Shown here piece by piece: positions 10,701 to 19,373 of a stretch of 64,000 bases of DNA. The number at the start of each line of letters is the position of its first letter. Within the stretch, counting starts at the first letter, position 1. Under the pieces are notes generated by a model that saw nothing but the letters and a program-made list of their open reading frames with translations, searched no databases and was not told the DNA's origin. Position numbers and translations under genes: made by a program. The stretch is taken from sequence record MK774614.2. One strand, given 5' to 3'.

Positions 10701-11352
10701 AATTGAGATCGACACCGCGTACAATATCAAACGGGTAGCTGGATTGATTCAGGATGGGTACAATCCCGAATCAAGAACTATCGGAAATGCGTTCTATGGG
10801 ATTGGATCTGTTACCACCACAAAAGACATGATGCAAGGTGCTGGTGTGATCGTGGCAGATTACGACATGAGTGGGGCAAGCGCTACGTTGTATGATGCGA
10901 TTTTAACCGATCGATTGAGCAACACTCGGTCATTGGTTATTTCTAATCTCTTGGGAACGAGTTACATTGTTTATTTCAAAGAGATCAAGAACGTCATCTT
11001 AGGTGGAAAGACCTATGACATTCCAGCTGGGTATAAAGATATTCGAGCAACGGACACTAATCCTGCAAACAAGATCTTCTATGTCTATTTGCGCTTTAGG
11101 GGTGGTGTTCCAGTGTACGATATCACCAGTGCGATGTCCGCAGAAAGTCCTGTTAACTCCTTGATTGCAAAAATAACCTGCGGCGCGACCCAGATTGATA
11201 CCATTGTCCCATATAACCGTTTTAGTATGGACAGTGCGATCATTTCTGATCAACGTCAAGGTTCTGCTATCTTGTCAACAGGCGGTTCAATTTATCAAGT
11301 AGGGGATACCTCTACTATTTTGAACCCCGCTACAGATTACGTTTCTGAGTAA
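7705..11352 (+). CDS. Large tail-fibre-family virion protein (1215 aa)
   Basis: WENIDNKPLWFVPEVHQH, NNHGVSKAVLGLENVDN and YGSDSFIPPKIDGSFEGMG motifs, paralogous to 11417-15337. Confidence 0.75.
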   Translation: MNKEDFPLYKLDLTGISPFNKITLEYGKRDSQTNGDLFIPLKAPFYINSVQLYHPNGAPMVLDEDYEFYGILSKLSAYTAKPVGLYIRFKKPEIQEWKVTYQTVGNFNKITTEILNMLKVLTTDDRMVDWENIDNKPLWFVPEVHQHDWSFEIFMFTELASELLRLVGIQETTSNNVLVRLEKFQARIEVYIEEYQKGLFKLIEDHDAGRVNNHGVSKAVLGLENVDNFATATLQETLDGLRNDLHLTVQNATKAVEAASGRNERLFPSGSLPLLRYGSDSFIPPKIDGSFEGMGGIFGRIGAVLESSGELLVLQSRYNGQTRGLYYIRAMRFGTTRPEWEFTSYRYEHPTAKADGATLSVIINGSNQYGMVVGDNVNNIWYWCETNGTLNPARHILKRIDTATATLLTQFHARTNLLVDQDYKNKMVLMMGVDIAYVKTVRPTWPDTAATGGGDRKLEGYLFFANLKLSGTWTNCKVNYTHPSFGNYNDKLFTPYIRKMGTAGGLTGVIEFHAKYSKALSSIWEYDTVYAFSGQGSDGKAVLRLETRIYGQTAAGNSNIACSNVWKGKFEIVESPTMTINITPVENEKLYKVNPESPFDTSNGNEGDLYKQWKVSPFAFVISWGTYAGSILLPGGHRLTLVSTMSYSIPFKANFTTSVNFSSPDKLIEIEDYVTPIVKSSDMILEYTPIGLAGSFINPFMLVANIDDTTTAGVMVRQVASDGNTEWIHRNQPFMDATYGMRNDNVTTMTIDGRPVKSHPIVSKTNKVNLGQHIVLTQTGLPNESSTAIKRKRWVEFLGADAFSSIDGKAAGVGDGLLVKTCKPTIINDVINLVPQIVYNVKKPIMTTIKAWLQTKGFPVDRLDKSWTIHRGTMPDGTTFEYLIVTGTRPGSNGYRNAYFCPILVRFAGTGTPTTVNGYQYYDDVSVTILSTFVEKLYLDNVIGDSFGNPGGIQAQSAIGFNGWNKSINGTLQPTEICGMLRSLHRYPVPGYNYTVDVLIEIDTAYNIKRVAGLIQDGYNPESRTIGNAFYGIGSVTTTKDMMQGAGVIVADYDMSGASATLYDAILTDRLSNTRSLVISNLLGTSYIVYFKEIKNVILGGKTYDIPAGYKDIRATDTNPANKIFYVYLRFRGGVPVYDITSAMSAESPVNSLIAKITCGATQIDTIVPYNRFSMDSAIISDQRQGSAILSTGGSIYQVGDTSTILNPATDYVSE

Positions 11353-11364
11353 CATTAATAACTT

Positions 11365-11396
11365 CTGAGAGTACGATCTTTTGATCGTACTCTCAG
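11365..11396. terminator. Stem-loop / terminator
   Basis: 14-bp perfect stem ctgagagtacgatc/gatcgtactctcag, loop tttt. Confidence 0.7.
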
Positions 11397-11416
11397 TTTA
11401 TCCTTGAGGTTTTACT

Positions 11417-14400
11417 ATGAAAGATATTGAAATTATCGACATAGACTACTCCGGTTCTAATGCTCTTTACAAAAGAGAAGAGAAGTTTAAAGTCGCCGAT
11501 ATCCCTGCTCCTTGGATTGTTCCAGGAGAGGGTCCCTTTTATGGGGAGGGTGTTAGATTACTAAACGGAGGAACCCCTCTGGTAAAGGAAATCGATTACA
11601 CGTTAGAAACGCCCGTCCCACAGTTAACTACCATGTTGGGTAAACCTGTTTACCTACACATTGAATTAAAAGATCATGTTCTTGCCAGTGTGACAGAAAT
11701 CGACGTTATCTACCAAAAGGTGGGTGCCCCAGTGCTGTCCCGAAACAAGTTATTAGAACTTTTAGAAAATGCATTGATCTCTGGTGGAACGATTGATTAC
11801 GAAACCCAGATTTCTGGGAAACCCAGCACGTTTCCGTCAGCAGCACATCAAATGGATATTCGTAATCCCGATGAGATGGTTGGCTTTGGGAACATGCTTT
11901 TATTGTTCACCCTGATGAAAAGTCGGATTGATGATCAAAGCAAACGTGTTATTCCGCTGCTAAAAGCAATGCAAGATGATTCATGGGAGAAACTTGATTA
12001 CATCTATAACTTGCGCTGGCAGGCGATCATGCATCACGCAAGAATGGCAGTAAACCCACATGGTGTAACACCAGAAGAAGTCGATATTGAACATATCGAA
12101 AACTTTCACACTGCAAGTATTCAGCAAGATGCGGAAGGGGTGCGAGATGATCTTTATTCGACCCCGGCTGGTTTAGCACGTTTAATTGAAGAATCTGAAC
12201 CTGATCCAGAAGAGTACATCTTTCAAAACGAGTTACCCTTTAGTTATTACGGCTCAGGGATTTACCTTCCCCCTTCAATCACTGGTTCATTTGAAGGTCT
12301 GGGTGGGGATATTGAGAACTCGTGCTTTGTCAGAGAAGGGAACGGTTGGTTAGTGGGGTTGATGCGTCAGTTTGATGGTCGGGTCAGAAACCTCTACTAC
12401 GTTTATCAGTCAATTATGATAGACCGGTACACTATCACAGAACCCATTTTAACCTATCATCCGTACAATCATCCTGACCTGATTGCTAAAAGCTTTAAAC
12501 CTGAGTACGTGATTGCAGGTTCTGGCAGTGATGTCATCGCTGTTGCCGATACAGCCAAACCTAACCGAGTGATGTTCAGCCTGACCAATGGTACGTTGGA
12601 CCCTGCTTCTCACAAGTACATTGAGATCGACTACAGTTCTATCACTGCGTTCGATCGTGGGTTTAACCTTGTTAATGGATTGTGGTTAAATTCACTTCGC
12701 ACGTCTACGGTTGCCAAAGTTGGGGATTATATTTATATCATTTTCTCTAACGGAAACATTGATAACATTCCTGCAAATGAACTGGGGTGGACTGATCCAA
12801 ACGGAACAGCGTGGGGCTATTCGGATAACATGACGCAGTTCATCTTCCGTTTCCCTGTTTCTGCATTTAATACTCCAGCGACAGTAGTTGTCCCGCAACC
12901 AGTTACCTTGACCTACGATAACTTTAACCGCGAACGTAAAACAACCACTGCCGGTTTCCCAGGACTTCGACTGATAAAGTACGCTCAAGATGCCCAAAGA
13001 CGGATTGTTAATGGGATCATGACGTACACCAAACCTTGTGACATTTCCATTGGTCACCGTCGCCGGGCGTTCATTGTTGTTCAAGATCCCAACAACAAGG
13101 ATAAATGTCGGATCAAAGCAATCATCCCCACTTATTCGACATGGATTGATGGGGGGAATAATGGCGGAACAAACTGCACTATTATTGCTGACTTTAACGT
13201 TGACTTCGCTGCAAGGACTTGGGACCTTGATCCAAAGTGGAAAAAACCTCGACTAAACTTTGACACCAATTTGTTAGACGGACTTCCTGAAACGGATCTT
13301 CAATACGTGTGGGGAACCCGTGCAACTGACAAATTAACAAATGGGTACATTTCCCAAGCCCACAGTTTTGTTCCGGGTTTTGGAACGGTCTGTGTTGGGT
13401 CATTAACCACAGGCTCTGCTCCGTTTAATCTGAACTTTTTCCAGATAAACCCAACGGGTGATCCGGGTAATGATTTTGCATCAACCAAGTTACCCCATCT
13501 ACAGATAGATGCAAAAGGGAACAATAACGTTTTTGCACTTGAATTGAAAATGCCTTCACCTGTAGGATTGGGGTCTTTCCCTCGGTTCTTTAGCGACATT
13601 TATCGCTATAACAATCAAAACAACACTACTCCCATTGAGCTCTTCTGCGGTGATATGGATAGCAAATATACGGGGGTTGTGTTTAACCGAATGCCAGAAC
13701 CGGGGGATGGACTGACATACAAAGTCAGAACCGAACTCCAATGTGCGTTTATTCCTAAACGTATTCTGGGTCGTGCTCCTAACGCTAAGATTGGTAAAAC
13801 GGTTGGGTGTGATTATTGGTTACCTAGCTGTAATTACCCTCAGCTTAGGGATGAGAAATCCACGTTCCACTCTATGTCAAATTTCTTCTGGCAGAAATCT
13901 AAAAATGGGTTTGGGGAATCGGGTGTTATTCCTAACCCATTTAGAGCCAGTGAAACAGACCCAGAGATGATCCCTCAGATTGATCCTGTCTCAAAGGACT
14001 TGCTGTTTAGCACCAGTCTGAATTGGCAGTACAATGCACTGACTAAACAACTTACTGCAAGTAATGTTCCAGCCAAAACAATCCGGTTAACCCAAGCACA
14101 GCACATGGGGTTCTTGCAAGGGTACTTTGGCGCCGCATGGAGTAAAGTCCAAGACATCGCAGTCCAGTGGTATCTTGCGCCTTATCCGGGTCCTGAATCG
14201 GCAACGAATACGCCTTCGTTTATGCACGTCTTTTATCACAACACGGGAGAAGGACAGCAACAGCGTGCATTTGTGATTAAGTTTAACTGGAACAATAATG
14301 GGACTTATCCAGATGGGACATTGGCGGTCACACTGACCAATGCAGTGTCGGTTGGATATTCGGATTGGACAAAAACTAATCTTCTTCCGCCAAGTCAGTA

Positions 14401-15337
14401 TAACGGGACACAACAAGATATCAGCACGTATTACCAAATGGCAGTGGACAGCGGCGGGAACTGGATTAATCTGTTCTGGAAACAGTACAGTCACACAGCC
14501 CGTAAATCCCACACTGAAATTTACTCCTTTGGCAGTGCCGCGAAAGACTTGGTTGTGTTTAGTTATAGCGGGGTTTACTTAACCGTATTGGGGAACATGG
14601 TTTCCAGCATTCTTGCTTGGGATAACCGCACTGGGACAAACCGAGCCGTGTTGTTTATGACCCCAATTAATGCCCCATTGGAATATCCGAACACTGCCCA
14701 AGCAATACCAGGGTGGGGGATTGTTCCTGGGGTGTCAATGAACGACACAGGGAACGCAGTAACGTTGCATTCTCCAGACAGTGCCAAGGTCCAGGCTATT
14801 GCGAATAACTTACCTACAACTGATGCGGTGATGTTAGGTGCCACCTTTGTTCAAAGTAACTGGACAGTGTTTGTTAACAGCGACGTTGGTGTGACCTTTA
14901 ATGGTTACGCAATGAAAGCCGCTAAACGAGCATTTGATCTTCGTGACTTTGCAACGGTATATAAAGATTCGGTGTTTTATTTATACTGCATTGCCAGAGG
15001 GAACGTGGCTGAATATGAACTGACCAAAACCCTTAAGCAACCTGATGGAAACTGTTTGTTAGTGGCAAAGGTCACAACTAACCAAAATGGGATTACGACC
15101 ATTAAGGCGCTGCAACAATTCTGTATTGCCGGCTACCCCCTGACCCGTGTCAGGGATGCGGGTATTCCAGTATCGTCAGGGATGTTTAATGAAACAGGGT
15201 CTTATAAGTTCATTAAGGAATCGGAACTCTACAGTGGCAGTTTGGCAGAACGCGACCGAAGCGTCTTGGACATTACAATGAATAACCGCTGGCCTCGTAA
15301 GGACGGGATTACTGATCCTCCTGTTCCATTGCCGTAA
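11417..15337 (+). CDS. Large tail-fibre-family virion protein (1306 aa)
   Basis: QISGKPSTFPSAAHQ, NPHGVTPEEVDIEHIEN, YGSGIYLPPSITGSFEGLG. C-terminal module paralogous to 7705-11352, plus an extra peptide tail. Confidence 0.75.
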   Translation: MKDIEIIDIDYSGSNALYKREEKFKVADIPAPWIVPGEGPFYGEGVRLLNGGTPLVKEIDYTLETPVPQLTTMLGKPVYLHIELKDHVLASVTEIDVIYQKVGAPVLSRNKLLELLENALISGGTIDYETQISGKPSTFPSAAHQMDIRNPDEMVGFGNMLLLFTLMKSRIDDQSKRVIPLLKAMQDDSWEKLDYIYNLRWQAIMHHARMAVNPHGVTPEEVDIEHIENFHTASIQQDAEGVRDDLYSTPAGLARLIEESEPDPEEYIFQNELPFSYYGSGIYLPPSITGSFEGLGGDIENSCFVREGNGWLVGLMRQFDGRVRNLYYVYQSIMIDRYTITEPILTYHPYNHPDLIAKSFKPEYVIAGSGSDVIAVADTAKPNRVMFSLTNGTLDPASHKYIEIDYSSITAFDRGFNLVNGLWLNSLRTSTVAKVGDYIYIIFSNGNIDNIPANELGWTDPNGTAWGYSDNMTQFIFRFPVSAFNTPATVVVPQPVTLTYDNFNRERKTTTAGFPGLRLIKYAQDAQRRIVNGIMTYTKPCDISIGHRRRAFIVVQDPNNKDKCRIKAIIPTYSTWIDGGNNGGTNCTIIADFNVDFAARTWDLDPKWKKPRLNFDTNLLDGLPETDLQYVWGTRATDKLTNGYISQAHSFVPGFGTVCVGSLTTGSAPFNLNFFQINPTGDPGNDFASTKLPHLQIDAKGNNNVFALELKMPSPVGLGSFPRFFSDIYRYNNQNNTTPIELFCGDMDSKYTGVVFNRMPEPGDGLTYKVRTELQCAFIPKRILGRAPNAKIGKTVGCDYWLPSCNYPQLRDEKSTFHSMSNFFWQKSKNGFGESGVIPNPFRASETDPEMIPQIDPVSKDLLFSTSLNWQYNALTKQLTASNVPAKTIRLTQAQHMGFLQGYFGAAWSKVQDIAVQWYLAPYPGPESATNTPSFMHVFYHNTGEGQQQRAFVIKFNWNNNGTYPDGTLAVTLTNAVSVGYSDWTKTNLLPPSQYNGTQQDISTYYQMAVDSGGNWINLFWKQYSHTARKSHTEIYSFGSAAKDLVVFSYSGVYLTVLGNMVSSILAWDNRTGTNRAVLFMTPINAPLEYPNTAQAIPGWGIVPGVSMNDTGNAVTLHSPDSAKVQAIANNLPTTDAVMLGATFVQSNWTVFVNSDVGVTFNGYAMKAAKRAFDLRDFATVYKDSVFYLYCIARGNVAEYELTKTLKQPDGNCLLVAKVTTNQNGITTIKALQQFCIAGYPLTRVRDAGIPVSSGMFNETGSYKFIKESELYSGSLAERDRSVLDITMNNRWPRKDGITDPPVPLP
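15266..15334 (+). repeat. Peptide repeat copy 1 (LDITMNNRWPRKDGITDPPVPLP)
   Basis: Last 23 codons of 11417-15337. Confidence 0.9.
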
Positions 15338-15351
15338 TTAATGTGTAACAA

Positions 15352-15373
15352 AGGGTAGCGTTAACGCTACCCT
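15352..15373. terminator. Perfect 22-bp palindrome, probable terminator hairpin
   Basis: agggtagcgttaacgctaccct, between two fibre genes. Confidence 0.6.
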
Positions 15374-15399
15374 AACCTTAACCTACAAGCGAGTTCTTT

Positions 15400-18300
15400 A
15401 TGAAGGTAGATAAGGATAAGCCTCTTAATCCTACAACGCAAAAAGATCCAGTGGGACAAGTACTGGATGCCTTTATTCGTGTAGACAGAAAAATGCAAGA
15501 AAACGGGACTGGTTCTAGTGATGAGGATCGGGTGATTCTTGACATCACGATGAACAACGCCTGGCCAAGAGAAGATGGGATTACTGATCCTCCGATTCCT
15601 ATTCCGGAACCGGGCGCTATTATCGAGATGACCCAGGAAGAAGCTATCCAGGAGATCAAGACAGCGGTTTCTGTTAAGCTCGATGAGTTTGCGGGTAAAG
15701 TTGACGCTCAGTTGGAAACGCACACGGTTAAGACAGGAACGGTTCACGGGGAAACTAAAGAGACTGTCGGACTTGGAAAGAAAGATAACTGGGGAATGGC
15801 GACGATTGATCAACATCAAGAAGGTGTTGCTGATAATCTTTATTGTCACCCTGCGGGATTATTGAAAATCATTGATACCCGCATGAAAGTGGATCCTCGT
15901 TCTTACCTTCCAGCTCGTTCCATCCCCATCGCTTGTGGTGGGTTACTTGGCGAGGTTCCTCAGTGGAAATATGACTACTTTAAAGGTGAACTGGTTCAAA
16001 GCCCAACGGATCCGAAAGCCTTTTTAGGGGAAACGGCCTTTGAGTTCAGTACCCAAAATGGAATGCAAATTTTTGGGTGTATGAATAACTCTCCTGAGTT
16101 AGGTCGTTATACGCCAATGCCATCTGGAACTGCACCTGAAGTTCAAACGCCTCACGGTGGAACCAAGGTGAGAAGTTACGCTGGTCGCACAGATTTGAAA
16201 CGTTCTCGTCCTTCTCACATTAAAGGCTGGCGTAGCCCTGGGAACCTCGGGACCGCAGTGAAAGTCATGGAGAACATGTTTGAGCCCTCAGCTGTTTCTT
16301 TCATGGAAGGGAGTCGTGTTTGTTTGCGTTCATTTAACCGAGGGATTCTTCCCTTTGATGTATTAAAAACAACCGAGCGCAATAGTGTCTTTGAAGGGAT
16401 CTTTGAGAGCAGTGAATCCTATCTCTTTAACTTTGTGACTAAACCCAGTTTCGGTGTTTATCAAGGTGAGAGTACCAGCGCAGTTCATCTTGTTTTAACT
16501 CCCACTGTGTACAATCTCACTCCTTGGGAATTGGAACTCCAAGAAGGTCCACCTGATAAGACCCCCGAGTACATCAGTGAGAATCCAACCCAGTATCAGA
16601 CCAGCGATATCAGTGTTCCGGTTGGTGGGAAACTCATTGGGTTGGATTATTCCGGAAACGGAAACAAATCAGTGGTGATCCCGTTTAAAGAACTCTTTAC
16701 ACTTCCTGCTGGGAGTTTGTCAGAGTTCTTTAGTAAGCTAGATATTCGTCGCCTTCGCAAGATGACGTTTGCCTGGCGAACTAAACTACGGTATCAGGGT
16801 GTATTGAGACTTTATTTAGGGTGGTTTAATAAAGATAATACCAAATACTGGCACACGTATCTTGATTTGGAATTGTCCTTTAGTTTTGATGACGTGACCA
16901 AAACCACCACCATGAATGTCACCACGGGACCTGATTGGGATCTCCCTAAACAAACCTTAACTGACAACTGGGATTTGGTTGGTAATGGACTCATGGTAGA
17001 ATACACACCCCATGTGAAAGAACAACCCGACCACCCACTTTGTCAAAGCGGTATCTTTGAAAGTTCGGGAGGACATTTACGTACCTTCACGATGTACAAC
17101 AGACAGTATGTCGGAAAGTACGAGCATGACGTTGGTTTCCCACTCGAGTACCTTGATCGGGGACGTGGACCGTTTCCCACTATTACAAAATACAGTTACA
17201 GCCCTCAGTCTACCATTAACCAAGATGGCATGTACGGCGATCACCTACGCCATATCCCAATCAGTATCACCTCTGGCGAGTCTCGGTCTTTCAGACTGTC
17301 CACCATTGATCTAGCGGCAAATAACCGCTGGCCTAAAATGGACGGAACCCAAGACCCGGTCATCCCGATAGAGGATCCCAGTTCCACCATGCGATTAAAG
17401 ATCACGTATTTGACGTTGACACGTGATTATCGAAATCGTTACCGATGGGCATTAGTGGATTCAGACGCAACCAGATCGTACATACAAGGGAACAGTTACG
17501 GAAGTTATTTAGCGCCCGATAGTACTAACCTGGTGTGGTTATCTGAGAAGTTTGAAACGGTTCCGTCTTTCTTAATCGAGAATGACGATTTGTCCGATGT
17601 CATGAATGTCAACAACTTGGTATTCAATGAACATAACCGATTCACGAACTACCTGGAGTACACCTTAAATAATGCCAGTCTGGATACTCCGCTTACATTC
17701 ACTAACCCGGTTTCTATCCACGATGAAATTCTGTCTTGGATTGGGAAGAATGCAGGAAATTGGCAAAAACAGCATAAAACTTTCTTTTACTTTAAATCCA
17801 CCCTCTTTTGGATGAATCAGTGTTTGAGCAGTAACGATTATCCTGCTAATGGAAAAGATTGTTTCTATGGGATAATCAAGAACTGTTATGTCCATGTAGA
17901 TAGTAACGGAAAGAAAACGCTTAAAGCCCGGGATGGGGTTGCAAACGCGATTACAGTTAACAGCATGAATGTTAACAAGAAAGCGTCGTTGCAAATTAAT
18001 CAAGGCGAAATACTGGGGTTTGATCAATTCAAAACTCAAGACATCTACTTGATGAAAAAATCAGAGGCAATTGATTCTGTTAAATGGGATGTGATGTTAA
18101 ACGTCGCGCCGTTCAATAATTTCTTTATTGAGATGAGTTTGACCCATAACCCGTTGACAGATGACTATACCTTTGGCCCCAGTCTAAATGCCCAAGATCC
18201 AATCTTCCCGTACGATCCAGTCAATGGGTATCAGATTGATTATGACAAAGAGATTTTGTATGGAACAAAACTCCCGCACCGTCTCCATGTGAATTATCAG

Positions 18301-19320
18301 TCACCCGTGATGCTCGCCAAAGGGATGTGGTCATTTAGAAAAACGCCGAATAACTACGGTGTCTTTACTCGGCGTTACGGGTTTATGACTTATACCGGTG
18401 GGTTAATGGGAACCTCTGAAGGGTTTACGTTGTATCCAATTGGGGGCGTGATTACCCATAGTGGGAAGAACACCATTATTAAAAGTCCGGTGAAAATTCG
18501 GATCATGGAGTTCTTTGGGTATGATGAGTTGTTTGTCAGGGCGGTGGGTGAAAACTTCATTCCTTATGGACGGTTTAATAATCCAAACGGGTATGAGATT
18601 GAACCACACAGCGGGGGTGTTCCTGCCGGGTTTATCAATGGTTCGGAATTCAGTTACCAAGATCAATCAGGTTGGCGTAATGCGTTCTTCCCGATTATTG
18701 ATGGGAAGCGCTTAAACATCACCGGGGATGGATCAAGTTTCCCTGTGTTCTTAGGACGACCAGGTAGTTCACTTCCCATTAACCGGTTCTTTAAAGAGAA
18801 CGTTTCTTCTCGGTTAATGTGGGATACAACTAAAGGTCGGGTGATTCCGATTGTTAACCGAGCTGGCGGTTCACCAATCTTGATTATCAATGGAACCAGT
18901 TATCCCTTGTCAGGGCTCAATAGTTTCACCATTCCGGGAAGTTACACTGGGACAATCATGGTGGACATATACGGAGTCTCGGTGCTTAAATGGGGAGCGG
19001 GCTTAAGTGAACTGGTGACCATTGGTAACCGTGTCACTGAACTCGATTTCTCTGGATCCAGTAGTTTCAAGATCAGTTGTGATCTGCCCAAAACTGTCAG
19101 TAACTTTAACCGAGTCTTTTTAAATGCAACTGCAACATCCTATCCGGGATTGGAATACTGGGACATGGGGAACGTCTATACCATGAACGAGTGTTTCAAA
19201 GATGCGGTGAATTTTAACCAAGACTTATCACGTTGGACCATGGATCGTCTTGCTACCTATATCGATTATGATAAAGGGGCGGTGAAGTGGACACTTCCAA
19301 GACCCACTATCCCAGCATAA
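15400..19320 (+). CDS. Large tail-fibre-family virion protein with C-terminal DUF285/BspA-like repeat (1306 aa)
   Basis: TVHGETKETVGLGKKDN family motif. C-terminal LEYWDMGNVYTMNECFKDAVNFNQDLSRW matches the DUF285 repeat pattern. Confidence 0.75.
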   Translation: MKVDKDKPLNPTTQKDPVGQVLDAFIRVDRKMQENGTGSSDEDRVILDITMNNAWPREDGITDPPIPIPEPGAIIEMTQEEAIQEIKTAVSVKLDEFAGKVDAQLETHTVKTGTVHGETKETVGLGKKDNWGMATIDQHQEGVADNLYCHPAGLLKIIDTRMKVDPRSYLPARSIPIACGGLLGEVPQWKYDYFKGELVQSPTDPKAFLGETAFEFSTQNGMQIFGCMNNSPELGRYTPMPSGTAPEVQTPHGGTKVRSYAGRTDLKRSRPSHIKGWRSPGNLGTAVKVMENMFEPSAVSFMEGSRVCLRSFNRGILPFDVLKTTERNSVFEGIFESSESYLFNFVTKPSFGVYQGESTSAVHLVLTPTVYNLTPWELELQEGPPDKTPEYISENPTQYQTSDISVPVGGKLIGLDYSGNGNKSVVIPFKELFTLPAGSLSEFFSKLDIRRLRKMTFAWRTKLRYQGVLRLYLGWFNKDNTKYWHTYLDLELSFSFDDVTKTTTMNVTTGPDWDLPKQTLTDNWDLVGNGLMVEYTPHVKEQPDHPLCQSGIFESSGGHLRTFTMYNRQYVGKYEHDVGFPLEYLDRGRGPFPTITKYSYSPQSTINQDGMYGDHLRHIPISITSGESRSFRLSTIDLAANNRWPKMDGTQDPVIPIEDPSSTMRLKITYLTLTRDYRNRYRWALVDSDATRSYIQGNSYGSYLAPDSTNLVWLSEKFETVPSFLIENDDLSDVMNVNNLVFNEHNRFTNYLEYTLNNASLDTPLTFTNPVSIHDEILSWIGKNAGNWQKQHKTFFYFKSTLFWMNQCLSSNDYPANGKDCFYGIIKNCYVHVDSNGKKTLKARDGVANAITVNSMNVNKKASLQINQGEILGFDQFKTQDIYLMKKSEAIDSVKWDVMLNVAPFNNFFIEMSLTHNPLTDDYTFGPSLNAQDPIFPYDPVNGYQIDYDKEILYGTKLPHRLHVNYQSPVMLAKGMWSFRKTPNNYGVFTRRYGFMTYTGGLMGTSEGFTLYPIGGVITHSGKNTIIKSPVKIRIMEFFGYDELFVRAVGENFIPYGRFNNPNGYEIEPHSGGVPAGFINGSEFSYQDQSGWRNAFFPIIDGKRLNITGDGSSFPVFLGRPGSSLPINRFFKENVSSRLMWDTTKGRVIPIVNRAGGSPILIINGTSYPLSGLNSFTIPGSYTGTIMVDIYGVSVLKWGAGLSELVTIGNRVTELDFSGSSSFKISCDLPKTVSNFNRVFLNATATSYPGLEYWDMGNVYTMNECFKDAVNFNQDLSRWTMDRLATYIDYDKGAVKWTLPRPTIPA
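15538..15606 (+). repeat. Peptide repeat copy 2 (LDITMNNAWPREDGITDPPIPIP)
   Basis: 19/23 aa identical to copy 1. Confidence 0.9.
17305..17373 (+). repeat. Peptide repeat copy 3 (IDLAANNRWPKMDGTQDPVIPIE)
   Basis: 11/23 aa identical to copy 1. Shares the 15-nt aataaccgctggcct with copy 1. Confidence 0.8.
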
Positions 19321-19327
19321 ACTGATT

Positions 19328-19359
19328 CTCTCTACTCTCCTGCGAAGGAGAGTAGAGAG
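19328..19359. terminator. Bidirectional intrinsic terminator
   Basis: 14-bp perfect stem with gcga loop between convergent genes. 13 nt of the arm are identical to the 4827 terminator. Confidence 0.8.
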
Positions 19360-19373
19360 TTTATTATCATTGT

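Noticed and set aside
15337-15400. Read-through or frameshift fusion of the two 1306-aa fibres
   Set aside because: They are in different frames and separated by a palindromic hairpin, with no slippery site. The equal length appears coincidental.
15266-17373. The 23-codon repeats as TR/VR of a diversity-generating retroelement
   Set aside because: Differences are not confined to adenines, many are synonymous, and no reverse transcriptase is present in the window.
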